A stretch of 64,000 nt of DNA from Gemmatimonadales bacterium (GTDB lineage: Bacteria; Gemmatimonadota; Gemmatimonadetes; Gemmatimonadales; GWC2-71-9), in contig JBBCJC010000005.1 in the NCBI GenBank assembly GCA_037189525.1, positions 640,001 to 704,000 on the forward strand. The letters run 5' to 3'. Within the stretch, counting starts at the first letter, position 1; each line of letters begins with the position of its first letter. A program made the position numbers and the translations under genes. The notes under the pieces are model-generated. The model made no database searches, was not told where the DNA came from, and saw only the letters and a program-made list of their open reading frames with translations. Shown here in pieces: positions 38,851-49,362 of this stretch.

Positions 38851-38981
38851 GGGGATGTCGTCGTTGGAGCTTCCTAAGATTATTCCATGCGTGCGAGAGC
38901 GCTAGAGGGCGCTCGCAAGTCGTTATACGTCGCAGTGTTGCATTTCGTTGAACTCTGGTTGATCCGGCCCCGCTATCCTGG

Positions 38982-39254
38982 ATGACCCTTGTCCTGCGAC
39001 GGCCGATGGTCGACTACATCGCATTCTCGATGCACTGCGCCACCTGTCACCATTGGACCGGACAGCGCCGCCCCGAAATGATGGGCGGGCGGATCTACAC
39101 GCCGCGCCACGCCACGGTCGGGACCTGCGATTGTCCGACCGGCCATTGGCGCGGGCGCCTCAAGCCGGGTGAATCGAATTGCCCCCACTGGGCCCAGTGG
39201 AACGTGATGCGCGAATTCACCGGCCCTCCACCCGTCCGGCCGCCGGCGACCTGA
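38982..39254 (+). CDS. Small Cys/His/Trp-rich hypothetical protein
   Basis: CATCHHW...GTCDC...CPHW; fills the intergenic gap; start may be 39006. Confidence 0.55.
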   Translation: MTLVLRRPMVDYIAFSMHCATCHHWTGQRRPEMMGGRIYTPRHATVGTCDCPTGHWRGRLKPGESNCPHWAQWNVMREFTGPPPVRPPAT

Positions 39255-39347
39255 TCAGCGAGGGGATGGCCTCGACTCTCGGTCGCTCCCGGTCTACCCT
39301 TCTCTGATGCACCCACTTGCTTCCCGATGGCGCGCCGGAGCGACGCC

Positions 39348-40283
39348 ATGACCGAGCGCGTTGCCTCCCACGTCCTGATGGTGGCGCCCTATCAGTATCG
39401 GTCGAACGCCGAAACCGCTGAGTCCAACGTCTTTCAGCACGACGTCGACGCTCACCGCGCTGCGCAGCTTGCAAAGCTGGCCGTGACGCAGCACGCCGAG
39501 TTTCGCAATCGCCTGATCGACCATGGCGTGATGGTCACCTGCATCCGGAGCCTGGACGCCACGCCCGACGCTCCGTTCTGTAACAACTGGTTCTCGACCC
39601 ATCCGTCCACCGACTTCGGCCGGGAGAGCACCCTGGTGCTCTATCCGATGATGGCCCCGAGCCGGCGCCTGGAGCGCCGCGCCGAGCTGATTTCGCTGCT
39701 CAGGCAGCGGTATCCCCGAATGGTCGACCTCTCGCCGCACGAGCAGGAGCAGCTCTACCTGGAGAGCACCGGAAGTTTGTGCCTCGACTCTCGGGCGGGC
39801 GTGGCCTACGCCGCCGTGTCGGCGCGCACCGACCTGGGCCTCGCGCGTATCTGGGCCGCGGAAATGGGATATCGCCTGGTCGCCTTCGAATCGACCGACG
39901 CGACCGGAACGCCCTACTATCACACCAATGTGATGATGTTCCTCGGTCACGGCCTGGCCGGTATTTGCCTCGAATCGATTGCCGAGCACGCCGGTGATGG
40001 TCTGGCCAACCGGGAAACCGTGGAGGCCAGCCTTCGCGAGGGAGGCTACGAGGTCATGCCCATTACACGGGACCAGGTGCTGGCCTACTGCGGCAACTGC
40101 CTCGCGCTCGTCAGCGACAACGACGACCGTCTCTTCGCGATGTCGAGCACGGCGTACCGCGGGTTCACCGAGATCGAACGGCATCGGATCCATCGGCACG
40201 GTACTATCGTCCACGCCGAACTCGACGCCTTCGAAACCCTCGGCGGCGGTTCGGCCCGATGCCTCCTCGGCGAACTGTACTAG
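39348..40283 (+). CDS. Arginine deiminase/amidinotransferase-fold hydrolase (CtlX-like)
   Basis: NNWFST, LESTGS, YHTNVMM and C-terminal GGGSARC catalytic Cys. Confidence 0.88.
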   Translation: MTERVASHVLMVAPYQYRSNAETAESNVFQHDVDAHRAAQLAKLAVTQHAEFRNRLIDHGVMVTCIRSLDATPDAPFCNNWFSTHPSTDFGRESTLVLYPMMAPSRRLERRAELISLLRQRYPRMVDLSPHEQEQLYLESTGSLCLDSRAGVAYAAVSARTDLGLARIWAAEMGYRLVAFESTDATGTPYYHTNVMMFLGHGLAGICLESIAEHAGDGLANRETVEASLREGGYEVMPITRDQVLAYCGNCLALVSDNDDRLFAMSSTAYRGFTEIERHRIHRHGTIVHAELDAFETLGGGSARCLLGELY

Positions 40284-40324
40284 TCGATCTTCGTACTACC
40301 ATCACTCATGCAACGGGCAACGCC

Positions 40325-41755
40325 ATGATCAACCGTACGGCATCGGTGCTCTCACTCGCAGCAGCCGGTGCCCTTGCCGCGCAGGCGCCGCGCCAGCTCC
40401 AACCCATGGTCGCGCGCTACGTCAGCGTCAACGAGCCGGTCGTGGCGCTGACCAACGTCCGGCTGATCGACGGCACGGGCACGCCGGCTCGCACCGGCCA
40501 AACCATCGTCATCAGCGGCGACAAAATCACCGCCGTGGGTCCGGCCGCCAGCACGGCCATTCCGAACGGCGCCCGGCGAATCGACCTGGCGGGCCATACC
40601 GTCATGCCGGGCATCATCGGGCTCCACGATCACATGTACTACAGCTCGGCCGCCGGCGGCTCGATGAAGCCGATGCTGCAGAGCTATCCGCGCCTCTTCC
40701 TGAGCGCCGGCGTGACCACCATCCGGACGACCGGCAGCGTCGACTCCTATCAGGAACTCAACCTCAAGCGCTCGATCGGACAGGGCGAACAGCCCGGACC
40801 CGACATCTTCGTGACCGGTCCGTATCTGCAAGGCCCCGGTCCCGGCCCCGGCGCAATGCACCCGCTGGCCGGCCCCGAAGATGCCGCCCGGTTGGTGCGC
40901 TACTGGTCCGAAGAGGGCGTCTCCTGGTTCAAGGCCTATACCCAGATCTCACGGGCCGAGTTGGGCGCGGCCATCAAGGAGGCGCACAAGCACGGCGTCA
41001 AAGTGACCGGCCACCTCTGCTCGGTCGGCTTCCGCGAGGCGGTTGCACTCGGCATCGACAACCTGGAGCACGGCTTCCTCGACAATCTCGAATACTTCCC
41101 CGGCAAGCAGCCCGACAACTGCCCGTCGGATTTTGTCACCCAGCGGAAGGTGTACGGCGATCTGGACATCAACAGCGCCGATGTTCAACGCACCATCCGG
41201 GAAATGGTGACGCGCGGCGTCAGCATGACCTCGACCCTCTCGGTCATCGAGCTGGGGTCGGGCCGTCCGGTACCCCGCGACCCGCGGGTGCTCGCGGCGC
41301 TCTTCCCGGCTGCCGCGGCCTCGGTCGATTCGTTCTACACCCGCACGGCAACCCAGACCGATCCGGTCGCCACCAAGGCGTTCAAGAACGGGATGGCCTT
41401 CGAGCGGGCGTTCGTGGCGGCGGGCGGACTGCTCGGCGCGGGCTCGGACCCGTGCTGCCTCTCGGCGATTGCCGGGTATGCCGATCAGCGGAACTATGAG
41501 CTTCTGGTGGAAGCCGGCTTTTCGCCGGAACAGACCGTCCAGATCATGACGCAGAACGGCGCGAAGATCCTCGGCGTCGCCGATCGCGTCGGCGCGGTTC
41601 TGCCGGGCCAGGAAGCCGACCTCATCGTGCTCGAGGGCGACCTGAGCACGAATCCGGGAGTGATCCGCAACGTGGTGACGGTGTATAAACGGGGGTTGGG
41701 CTACGATGCCGCCAAGCTCACCGCCGCCATCAAGGGTTTGATCGGCCTCCGCTGA
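40325..41755 (+). CDS. Secreted amidohydrolase
   Basis: MPGIIGLHDHMYY, TGHLC, LEHG, GSD and EADLIVL motifs. Confidence 0.85.
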   Translation: MINRTASVLSLAAAGALAAQAPRQLQPMVARYVSVNEPVVALTNVRLIDGTGTPARTGQTIVISGDKITAVGPAASTAIPNGARRIDLAGHTVMPGIIGLHDHMYYSSAAGGSMKPMLQSYPRLFLSAGVTTIRTTGSVDSYQELNLKRSIGQGEQPGPDIFVTGPYLQGPGPGPGAMHPLAGPEDAARLVRYWSEEGVSWFKAYTQISRAELGAAIKEAHKHGVKVTGHLCSVGFREAVALGIDNLEHGFLDNLEYFPGKQPDNCPSDFVTQRKVYGDLDINSADVQRTIREMVTRGVSMTSTLSVIELGSGRPVPRDPRVLAALFPAAAASVDSFYTRTATQTDPVATKAFKNGMAFERAFVAAGGLLGAGSDPCCLSAIAGYADQRNYELLVEAGFSPEQTVQIMTQNGAKILGVADRVGAVLPGQEADLIVLEGDLSTNPGVIRNVVTVYKRGLGYDAAKLTAAIKGLIGLR

Positions 41756-41801
41756 CGATTTCGAAACGGGCGCCGGGTTTCCTGATCCGGCGCCTGTCGC
41801 A

Positions 41802-42629
41802 TCATCGCGTCCAGTAGGCCACGGCGCCCGCCAGTTCCCTCCCGGCCCGCCGCCAACTGCCTTTCCAGGTCAACCGAAGCCAGGTGCGCAGATACACCGG
41901 ACGCAGCCGCGGATCGGCCAGGCATTTGGCGTAGTAGGCGCCCCGACCGTGGTCGTAGAGCCGGCGAAGTCTATCGACCTCCTGATCCGATCGGCGATCA
42001 TGGTGATGATAGATCACCGGTCCGGGATCGAAGGCGCCGGCAAATCCGTTGGCCGCCAGCCGCGCAATCAGCTCCACGTCCTCGGCCGGAAACGGTGTCC
42101 CTGCGCCGAACTCCGGATCGAACCCGCCGACCGCCTCGAGCGCCGACCGGCTAACCGTCAGATTCGCGCCGGGCAGGAGACCGGCCGGAACGAAGCTCCG
42201 GGGCGGCACCGGGACCCGGTCGGTCCGCATCACGACGGCAACCGCCGCATCATCCGGTGTAAACGGCAGGAGGCGCCCCCCGATGAAGTGGACGCCCGGC
42301 ACGGCGAGACAACGCCGGACCTGATCGAGCAGGTCCGGCGTCGGATAACAATCGTCGTCGGTGAACAGGATGAGCGGACCGGTTGCTGCGCGCCAACCGA
42401 TATTGCGAGCGGCGCCGAGCCCGACGCCCTCGGTGGTCAGGACGGTCAGGCGCTCGTCCTGTCGGAGCCGCCGGGTGAGCAGCTCGGCGGTCCCGTCCTG
42501 GGACCCGTCGTCGACCACGACCAGGTCCCAATCCGGATCGTGCTGCAGCACCTGGTATCGCTCGAACGTGCCCGCCAACCCCTCTGCGCGATTGCGGGTG
42601 CAGATCACGATCGAGACCCGCTCTACCAT
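41802..42629 (-). CDS. Glycosyltransferase family 2
   Basis: ICTRNR, VVDDGS, FTDDD (DxD) and ED motifs. Confidence 0.9.
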   Translation of the reverse strand: MVERVSIVICTRNRAEGLAGTFERYQVLQHDPDWDLVVVDDGSQDGTAELLTRRLRQDERLTVLTTEGVGLGAARNIGWRAATGPLILFTDDDCYPTPDLLDQVRRCLAVPGVHFIGGRLLPFTPDDAAVAVVMRTDRVPVPPRSFVPAGLLPGANLTVSRSALEAVGGFDPEFGAGTPFPAEDVELIARLAANGFAGAFDPGPVIYHHHDRRSDQEVDRLRRLYDHGRGAYYAKCLADPRLRPVYLRTWLRLTWKGSWRRAGRELAGAVAYWTR

Positions 42630-42638
42630 CGACCCGAC

Positions 42639-43952
42639 TCAGCCCGCGAGCGGCCTGGAACGACGGGTCAACTGCCACACGGCCGTTGCCAGCACTACGA
42701 CGATCGAAAGGATCAGACCTTCCCGCATCGTCATCCGAGTGGCCAGCAACAGGGTCACGCCCACGCCGAGCGCGGCAAACAGGCCGCCGGCGGGCAGACG
42801 GAAGGACGCTTCGCCGATGGCCGGGTCCGATCCTTCCCGTCGCCGGAACACCGGCAGCGCCAGACAGATCAATCCGTAGGTCGCCAGGCGCGACACCGCG
42901 GACAGCGTCAGGTTCTGGAGGAAACTTCCGCTCAGCGCGAGCATGAGCGAGAAGGCGGCGTAGGCCACGATCGAGATGCCGGGAGTGCGATACTTCGGAT
43001 CGATCTTGGCAAAGATCCGGGGAATGTCACCCTGATCGGCCATGGCGTAACTCAGCCGAGGCACGTTGATCATGCTGGCGGCGAAATAGCCATAGAGCGA
43101 CAGCAGTGCACCAATCGCCATGAAACTGGCCCCTGCCGGTCCGACCAGAACCCGGGCAGCCTCGGCCAGCGGCCGGCTGTGCTGCGCAGGATCACTGAGC
43201 GCGAGACTGGTGACGAGTTGCACCGAGGTATACAGGAGAGCGCAGGCGCCCAGCGCCATCAGCAGCGCGAAGGGCGCATCGCGGCGCGGATTCCGGGCTT
43301 CACCGAGCGGCACCAGCGACGCCTCGAACCCGCCGTATGCGAAGATCAGCAACAGCAGCACTTCGATCCAGGTGCCCGTGGTCGGAGTCGCAACGGCCAC
43401 CGACTCGACCGCGCCACGCCCCGCCACCAGCGCCAGCCCCACCGCGCCGAACAGCACCAGCGGAATGATCTTCGCGAGGATGAGCACGTTGCTCATCACG
43501 GCGCCCTGGCGGACACCGATGTAATTGACCGCAGCGAGCGTCCCGAACAGCAGCACCAGCACGGCCGTTCCCACGCCTGGTGAACTGACCGCCGGAACGA
43601 ACTCCGCCAGATAGATTACGAACAGGTTGGCATTGGTGGCGGTGGCCGTGACTCGCACCAGATACGAGAGCCACCCCATCTGCACGCCCACGAATGGGCC
43701 AAACGCCGCCCGCGCGTAGAGATACGGCCCCCCCGCGCCCGTGAACCGCGACGCCACCTCGGCGGCGCACAACATGATCACGCCGATGGCGACCGCCGCG
43801 ATCACCCATGCCCACCAGGCGGCTCCCCCGACTTTGCCCGCGATCACGGACGGAAGGCCATATACCCCGCTGCCCAGAATGCCGTTCAGCATCAGCCCGA
43901 CCAGGGTCCACCGGCCCAGGCTGCGCACCAGCGTGCGATTCGACTCGGTCAT
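42639..43952 (-). CDS. APC family amino acid permease
   Basis: ILGSGVY, AEVASRF..AGGPYLY and FAYGGFE motifs. Confidence 0.9.
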   Translation of the reverse strand: MTESNRTLVRSLGRWTLVGLMLNGILGSGVYGLPSVIAGKVGGAAWWAWVIAAVAIGVIMLCAAEVASRFTGAGGPYLYARAAFGPFVGVQMGWLSYLVRVTATATNANLFVIYLAEFVPAVSSPGVGTAVLVLLFGTLAAVNYIGVRQGAVMSNVLILAKIIPLVLFGAVGLALVAGRGAVESVAVATPTTGTWIEVLLLLIFAYGGFEASLVPLGEARNPRRDAPFALLMALGACALLYTSVQLVTSLALSDPAQHSRPLAEAARVLVGPAGASFMAIGALLSLYGYFAASMINVPRLSYAMADQGDIPRIFAKIDPKYRTPGISIVAYAAFSLMLALSGSFLQNLTLSAVSRLATYGLICLALPVFRRREGSDPAIGEASFRLPAGGLFAALGVGVTLLLATRMTMREGLILSIVVVLATAVWQLTRRSRPLAG

Positions 43953-45268
43953 GGAATCGGCTTACTCCGCAGGAAGTCGAGCGCCAGATTGGCCATCGAG
44001 CGCACGCCGGTGGGCAGCGCGGCCTCATCGGCAAAGAAGTAGGGCGAATGATTCCGCGGCGCGGTGGCCGGATCCTGACCCTCGGGCAGCACCCCCAGGA
44101 AGTAGTACAGGCCGGGAATGTCCTGCGTAAAGGCCGGAAAATCCTCGGCGCCCGTCACGGGAGGCATACTGGGTTGTACTCCGCCCTTGCCCGCGGTTCG
44201 GGCCAGAGTCGGCGCCATCCGCTCGGTCAAGGCAGGATCGTTGTAGGTGAGCAACCCACCGCCGGGGATATCGATCGTCGCGGTGGCGCCCGATGCGGCC
44301 GCGATCGACGTCACCGTCCGGCGGACCCGATCGTGAATGTTTTTTCGGACCCCCTCATCGAAGGTGCGAATGGTTCCGACCATCACGACACTGTCGGGAA
44401 TGATGTTGCCGCGGTTGCCGCCTTGAATACTCCCGATGGTCACGACGGCAGGCAGCGCCGTGATATCGACCTGCCGTGACACGATCGTCTGCAGACCAAG
44501 CACGATCTGCGCCGACACCACGATCGGATCGACCCCGCCCCACGGCAGCGCGCCGTGAGTCTGGCGGCCCTTCACCACGATGGTGATCCCATCGGGCGCC
44601 GCCATGGCGCCACCCGAGCGGTAGCTGAGCGAACCAAGCGGCCCGGGCCAGACGTGCAGTCCGAAAATGGCGTCGGGACGCGGATTCTGAAGCACCCCTT
44701 CCTTGACCATCAGCGGCGCCCCGCCCTCTTCGCCGGCGGGCGGTCCTTCTTCGGCCGGCTGAAAGATGAATTTGACCGTGCCCGGAATCTGCGCCCGCAT
44801 CCCGGCAAAGATTTCGGCCACGCCCATCAGGATGGCGACATGATTGTCATGCCCGCAGGCATGCATGACGCCGACTTCAGCGCCGTTATAGATGGTCCGC
44901 ACCGTACTCTTGAACGGCAGATCGACCTGTTCGGTCACCGGAAGCGCATCCATGTCGGCGCGCAACGCAACGACCGGACCGGTCCGCCCGCCGCGCAGAA
45001 CCCCGACGACGCCGGTCACACCGACTTCGGTCTGCACCTCGATCCCGAGACTGCGGAGATGCTCGGCGACCAGCTTGGCCGTCCGCACTTCCCGATTGCC
45101 GAGTTCCGGGTGCTGGTGGATGTCGCGACGCCAGGCAATGACCTTGGGCATGACGGCCGCGAGCCGCGTCTCGACCTCACGCGCCAGAGGATCCGTACTG
45201 CTTGATTGCGCCAGGACCGGCTGGCCGGCGGCCAACAGCGCCAAGCCGACAAAGGTTGACCGAACCAC
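43949..45268 (-). CDS. M20D family amidohydrolase (N-acyl-amino acid hydrolase)
   Basis: HQHPEL, LRADMDALP, MHACGHD, FQPAEEG and AEDF motifs; GTG start with SD GGGAGG. Confidence 0.92.
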   Translation of the reverse strand: MVRSTFVGLALLAAGQPVLAQSSSTDPLAREVETRLAAVMPKVIAWRRDIHQHPELGNREVRTAKLVAEHLRSLGIEVQTEVGVTGVVGVLRGGRTGPVVALRADMDALPVTEQVDLPFKSTVRTIYNGAEVGVMHACGHDNHVAILMGVAEIFAGMRAQIPGTVKFIFQPAEEGPPAGEEGGAPLMVKEGVLQNPRPDAIFGLHVWPGPLGSLSYRSGGAMAAPDGITIVVKGRQTHGALPWGGVDPIVVSAQIVLGLQTIVSRQVDITALPAVVTIGSIQGGNRGNIIPDSVVMVGTIRTFDEGVRKNIHDRVRRTVTSIAAASGATATIDIPGGGLLTYNDPALTERMAPTLARTAGKGGVQPSMPPVTGAEDFPAFTQDIPGLYYFLGVLPEGQDPATAPRNHSPYFFADEAALPTGVRSMANLALDFLRSKPIP

Positions 45269-45394
45269 GGAACCTCCCTGGAGAGGGGGAGTCAGGATGC
45301 CGAACAGGAAGACCCAGAAAGTACGGCCGGACCGGGCCGATCCCAACCCCGGACACCGTTCTCGCCGGACCCGAAATCCGACTAGATTGCCGGG

Positions 45395-46705
45395 ATGACG
45401 ACGACCGCTCCTGCACCGCTCAATTTCGGCACCGCTGCCGACCTCGACCGATCTCTGTCCAGCATGGTCCATCGGCTGCGCGGATCGGTGATCCTCAAGA
45501 TTGCCGCCGAAGTACGCGCCATGATCGCGGCCGGCAAACCGCTCTGCAACCTGACCGTGGGCGACTTCGACCCGAAGCAGTTCCCCGTCCCCGAGCGACT
45601 ACTCGAAGGGGTCCGGAGCGCGCTGGCCCGGGGCGAGACGAATTATCCCCCGTCCGACGGGATGCTCTCGCTCCGCCAGGCCGTGCTCGACTATGTGGCC
45701 CGCGACCAGGGTGTTCGGTATCCGCTCGAATCGGTGGCCATTACCAGCGGAGGCCGGCCGGTGCTCTACGCCGCCTTCCGGGCCATCGTCAACGAGGGCG
45801 ACACCGTGGTCTTCCCGGTGCCGTCCTGGAACAACGATTTCTACGTCGACATCCTGAACGGAAAAAGCGCCGCCGTTCCGACCACCCGGGCCAGCGGTTT
45901 CCAGCCCACGCTGGAGCAGCTGGCGCCGCACCTGGGCACCGCGTCGCTCCTCTGTCTCTGCTCGCCGGGCAATCCGACCGGGACGGTCATGAAGGCGGAG
46001 ACCATCCGCGAAATCTTCGAGGCCGTGGTCGCCGAAAACGAGCGCCGTACGCGCGAGGGCCGGCGGCTCCTTTTCGTGATCTGGGATCAGATGTACGGCA
46101 CCCTGATCTACCCGCCCGCCGTCCATCACAATCCGCTGGCGCTGGTGCCGGAAGCGGCGCCCTACGTGATTGCCCTCGACGGCATTTCCAAGTCGTTCGC
46201 AGCAACCGGATTGCGACTGGGCTGGATTCTGGCAGCGCCCGCCATCACCGCCCGGGTCAAAGATCTGCTGGGCCACGTCGGCGCCTGGGCGCCACGGCCC
46301 GAACAGATCGCCACGGCCGAGCTGCTCAATGATCCGGCGGCCATTGCGAGCTATCGGGAGACCATTCTGGCGGCGCTGCAGGCTCGTCTCGATGCGCTGT
46401 ACACCGGCTTTACCGCCCTCAAGGACGCCGGACAGCCGGTCGACTGCATCGAGCCGCAGGGCGCCATGTACCTCTCGCTCCAGCTCGATCTGGTCGGCCG
46501 GTCGTTCGGAGACAAGGTGATCCGCTCGAACGAAGACATTCGCCAGCTGCTGCTCGAACACGCCGGACTCGGTGTGGTCCCGTTCCAGGCGTTCGGCCTG
46601 GCGGAAGACTCGGGCTGGTTCCGACTCTCGGTCGGCGCGGTTTCCCTCCGCGACATCGAGGATGCCTTCCCGCGGATCCGGACCATGCTGGCGCAGGTTC
46701 GTTAG
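45395..46705 (+). CDS. Class I/II PLP-dependent aminotransferase (aspartate aminotransferase-like)
   Basis: SPGNPTG, DQMY, GISKSFAATGLRLGW and WFRLS motifs. Confidence 0.9.
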   Translation: MTTTAPAPLNFGTAADLDRSLSSMVHRLRGSVILKIAAEVRAMIAAGKPLCNLTVGDFDPKQFPVPERLLEGVRSALARGETNYPPSDGMLSLRQAVLDYVARDQGVRYPLESVAITSGGRPVLYAAFRAIVNEGDTVVFPVPSWNNDFYVDILNGKSAAVPTTRASGFQPTLEQLAPHLGTASLLCLCSPGNPTGTVMKAETIREIFEAVVAENERRTREGRRLLFVIWDQMYGTLIYPPAVHHNPLALVPEAAPYVIALDGISKSFAATGLRLGWILAAPAITARVKDLLGHVGAWAPRPEQIATAELLNDPAAIASYRETILAALQARLDALYTGFTALKDAGQPVDCIEPQGAMYLSLQLDLVGRSFGDKVIRSNEDIRQLLLEHAGLGVVPFQAFGLAEDSGWFRLSVGAVSLRDIEDAFPRIRTMLAQVR

Positions 46706-46717
46706 GCACGCGAAGCC

Positions 46718-48091
46718 ATGCGGCTGCTCCGCATCATGACCGCCGCCGTGGTGCTCTCCGCACCCGGCGGCGTCGCTGCACAGAGCCCCGCGGGCCTGGG
46801 CGTGGTACGCGGCCGGGTGCTCGACAGCCTGGTGACGGGCAATCCACTCGGCGGCGCGACGGTGGAACTGGTCGAGTTGGCAAGGCAAACCATCACCGAT
46901 ACGCGCGGCATCTTCCGCTTCGACAGCGTTCCGGCGGGCACCTATCTGCTGACTTTCAGTCATCCCGACCTGGCGGCCTTCGGTTTCACGCCCCCGGAAC
47001 GCACCGTTCGGATCGAGCCCGGCATGGGGACGCCGATCCTGCTCGCCACGCCGGCACCGGCCACCGTGTACCACCGCCTCTGTCCCGCCCCGCGAGACAA
47101 GGATACCGGCGTCCTGCTCGGCACCATCCATGAGGCGAGTACCCGCCGGCCACTCGCGGCCGCGATTCGGGGCGAGTGGGTCGTCAACAACCTGAGTCCG
47201 GATGGCAGCATGACCCGCCAGCCACGCGGTGTGCGCGCCGAGTCCGACTCTGCCGGACGCTTTCAGCTGTGCGGCATCCCGACCGATGTCGCGGTGGCCG
47301 TGTGGACCACCGCTGACAGTCGCGACGGCGGGCCGATCGAGGTCCGGCTCGACGGTAAGGAAGTGGGAGTCCGACACCTGACCCACGGTCTGGCTGCCAC
47401 GACCGCTGCCGGACAAGGGCGAGTCCAAGGGACGATCACCGGCGGCGGGCGGCCGGTCGCGCTGGCACACGTCCGGATTCTGGGCCGCGACGGGCACGCG
47501 GAATCCGATGCCGCAGGTCAGTTCGTCCTGGATGGCCTACCCGCCGGATCCCATACGCTGGAAGCGCGCGCGCTGGGCTTCACGCCTTTCCGGCGTCAGA
47601 TCGACCTGGCCTCCGGTGGTCATCTGTCGGTCGAGATGACCTTGGCTCCGGTCGCCCCCGAGCTCCCCGAACTCAACGTCACCGTTTCGGATGCTGCCAG
47701 CGCCCGGAACGGATTCGACCAGCGCCGTCAACGCGGCCTGGGCGGGCACTTCATTACCCGGGACGAGATCACCCGCCGGGGCGCCGTCCGCGTCGAGGAC
47801 ATGCTGCGCACGGCGCCTGGGATCCGGCTCGAGCCGGTCGGGTCGAGCGAGTACCGGATCATCTCGCAGCGCGGCGGACCTGGCGGTGGCGACTCATGCC
47901 AGCCTACCGTTTTCGTCGACGCGTTCAAAGTGCCGCTCGATCCGCAGTTCGGACTTTCGCTTCCGGTATCTCCCGATGAAGTCGAAGGCATCGAAGTCCA
48001 CAACAATACGACGAGCGTGCCGCCGCAGTATCGGCTCGCGAGCGGGAGTTGCGGCGTGATCCTCATCTGGACCCGCCGAGGCCGCTCGTGA
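46718..48091 (+). CDS. Secreted protein with carboxypeptidase-regulatory-like domains and a C-terminal TonB-plug-like domain
   Basis: Repeated TD..G.F.....P.G.Y units; FITRDEI; C-terminal IEV...CGVILIWT. Confidence 0.75.
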   Translation: MRLLRIMTAAVVLSAPGGVAAQSPAGLGVVRGRVLDSLVTGNPLGGATVELVELARQTITDTRGIFRFDSVPAGTYLLTFSHPDLAAFGFTPPERTVRIEPGMGTPILLATPAPATVYHRLCPAPRDKDTGVLLGTIHEASTRRPLAAAIRGEWVVNNLSPDGSMTRQPRGVRAESDSAGRFQLCGIPTDVAVAVWTTADSRDGGPIEVRLDGKEVGVRHLTHGLAATTAAGQGRVQGTITGGGRPVALAHVRILGRDGHAESDAAGQFVLDGLPAGSHTLEARALGFTPFRRQIDLASGGHLSVEMTLAPVAPELPELNVTVSDAASARNGFDQRRQRGLGGHFITRDEITRRGAVRVEDMLRTAPGIRLEPVGSSEYRIISQRGGPGGGDSCQPTVFVDAFKVPLDPQFGLSLPVSPDEVEGIEVHNNTTSVPPQYRLASGSCGVILIWTRRGRS

Positions 48092-49362
48092 TCGGTCGAC
48101 TTCGGCTGCTGGTAGCTGCGCTCACCCTGCTCTGCGTGGCTCCCATCGAAGCGCAGCAAGACGACGTCTCGGCCGCGGTATTTCAACGTTATGCCCATCG
48201 GACTGCCAAGATCCAGGTCGTCGAGCGCGGATCGGGGGCCAAGGCGTCGATGGGCTCCGCCTTCTTCGTAGCCGCCGACGGGCGGTTGATGACCAACTAT
48301 CACGTGGTCGCCGAGGCGGTCGGTAATCCGCGCTACCGGGTCGAATGGATCGACCAGTCCGGCACTCCGTCCACGGGGCGAATCCTGGCCATCGACGTGG
48401 TTCGCGATCTCGCGGTGGTCGGGACCGATCGTCCTCGCGACGACTTCTTTACGCTGTCGGTGCCCTCCATCGCGCGCGGTACCCGCCTCTACTCGCTGGG
48501 GCACCCGGAGGATCTCGGTCTCAGTATCGTTGAAGGAGTGTACAACGGGCACCTGCAGCACACGCTCTACCCCAAGATCCACTACACCGGTCCGCTCAAC
48601 TCCGGCATGAGTGGCGGACCGGCGCTGACGGCAGGTGGGCATGTCGTGGGAGTCAATGTCGCCACCGCGGGCAACTCGCTCAGCTTCCTGGTCCCGATCG
48701 AAGCAGCCCTTCCGCTGCTGGCGCAGAGCGCGCAGGCCGCGCGCTCATCGGCGCCGCACGATTTCGTCGCGGAAGTCGGTCGCCAGGTGCTGGCGAATCA
48801 GGGAGCGTATCTCGGCGCGCTGTTCCAGGGCAACGACTCCACCATCGTGATCGGCCCGTTCGTGCTGCCGACACAGCCGGCCTCGTTCTTCCGGTGCTGG
48901 GCAGACGCCGAACGTGATCCGGACGCCCTGTACGAAGTCGTCGACCACCAGTGTTCGACCGACGACTACATCTATCTCTCGGGGCGCCAGTCCTCGGGAA
49001 TCGTGTCGCTGTCCCACCGCGTCTTACTGAGCCGAGGACTCAACCCGCTCCGGTTCTACTCGCTCTACACCGCGGAGTTTCAGAGTTCGTACGCCGAGCT
49101 TGGTTTCGGCAGCTCGGCCGACCTGACGACATACCAGTGTTCGGCCGGGAACATTCGCCAGGAAGGCGGCGTGATCCGCACCCGGTTCTGCCTGCGCGGG
49201 TACACCAAGTATCCGGGGCTATATGACGCCGTCATCAAGGCCGCCATGTTGGGCGCCCGCGACGCCGGTGTGGTGAGCCAGCTCACGCTTTCCGGCGTGA
49301 GTTTCGAGAACGCCCAGCGACTCGGGCGGCAGTACCTCGAGCATATCCGATGGTCCCGCTGA
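48088..49362 (+). CDS. Secreted trypsin-like (S1C) serine protease with a Cys-containing C-terminal domain and no PDZ
   Basis: Triad TNYHV / DLAV / GMSGGP; signal peptide; GTGA overlap with the upstream gene. Confidence 0.85.
   Translation: MIGRLRLLVAALTLLCVAPIEAQQDDVSAAVFQRYAHRTAKIQVVERGSGAKASMGSAFFVAADGRLMTNYHVVAEAVGNPRYRVEWIDQSGTPSTGRILAIDVVRDLAVVGTDRPRDDFFTLSVPSIARGTRLYSLGHPEDLGLSIVEGVYNGHLQHTLYPKIHYTGPLNSGMSGGPALTAGGHVVGVNVATAGNSLSFLVPIEAALPLLAQSAQAARSSAPHDFVAEVGRQVLANQGAYLGALFQGNDSTIVIGPFVLPTQPASFFRCWADAERDPDALYEVVDHQCSTDDYIYLSGRQSSGIVSLSHRVLLSRGLNPLRFYSLYTAEFQSSYAELGFGSSADLTTYQCSAGNIRQEGGVIRTRFCLRGYTKYPGLYDAVIKAAMLGARDAGVVSQLTLSGVSFENAQRLGRQYLEHIRWSR

Noticed and set aside
45599..47497. 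632-aa minus-strand ORF
   Set aside because: Antisense to the well-supported aminotransferase and secreted-protein genes.
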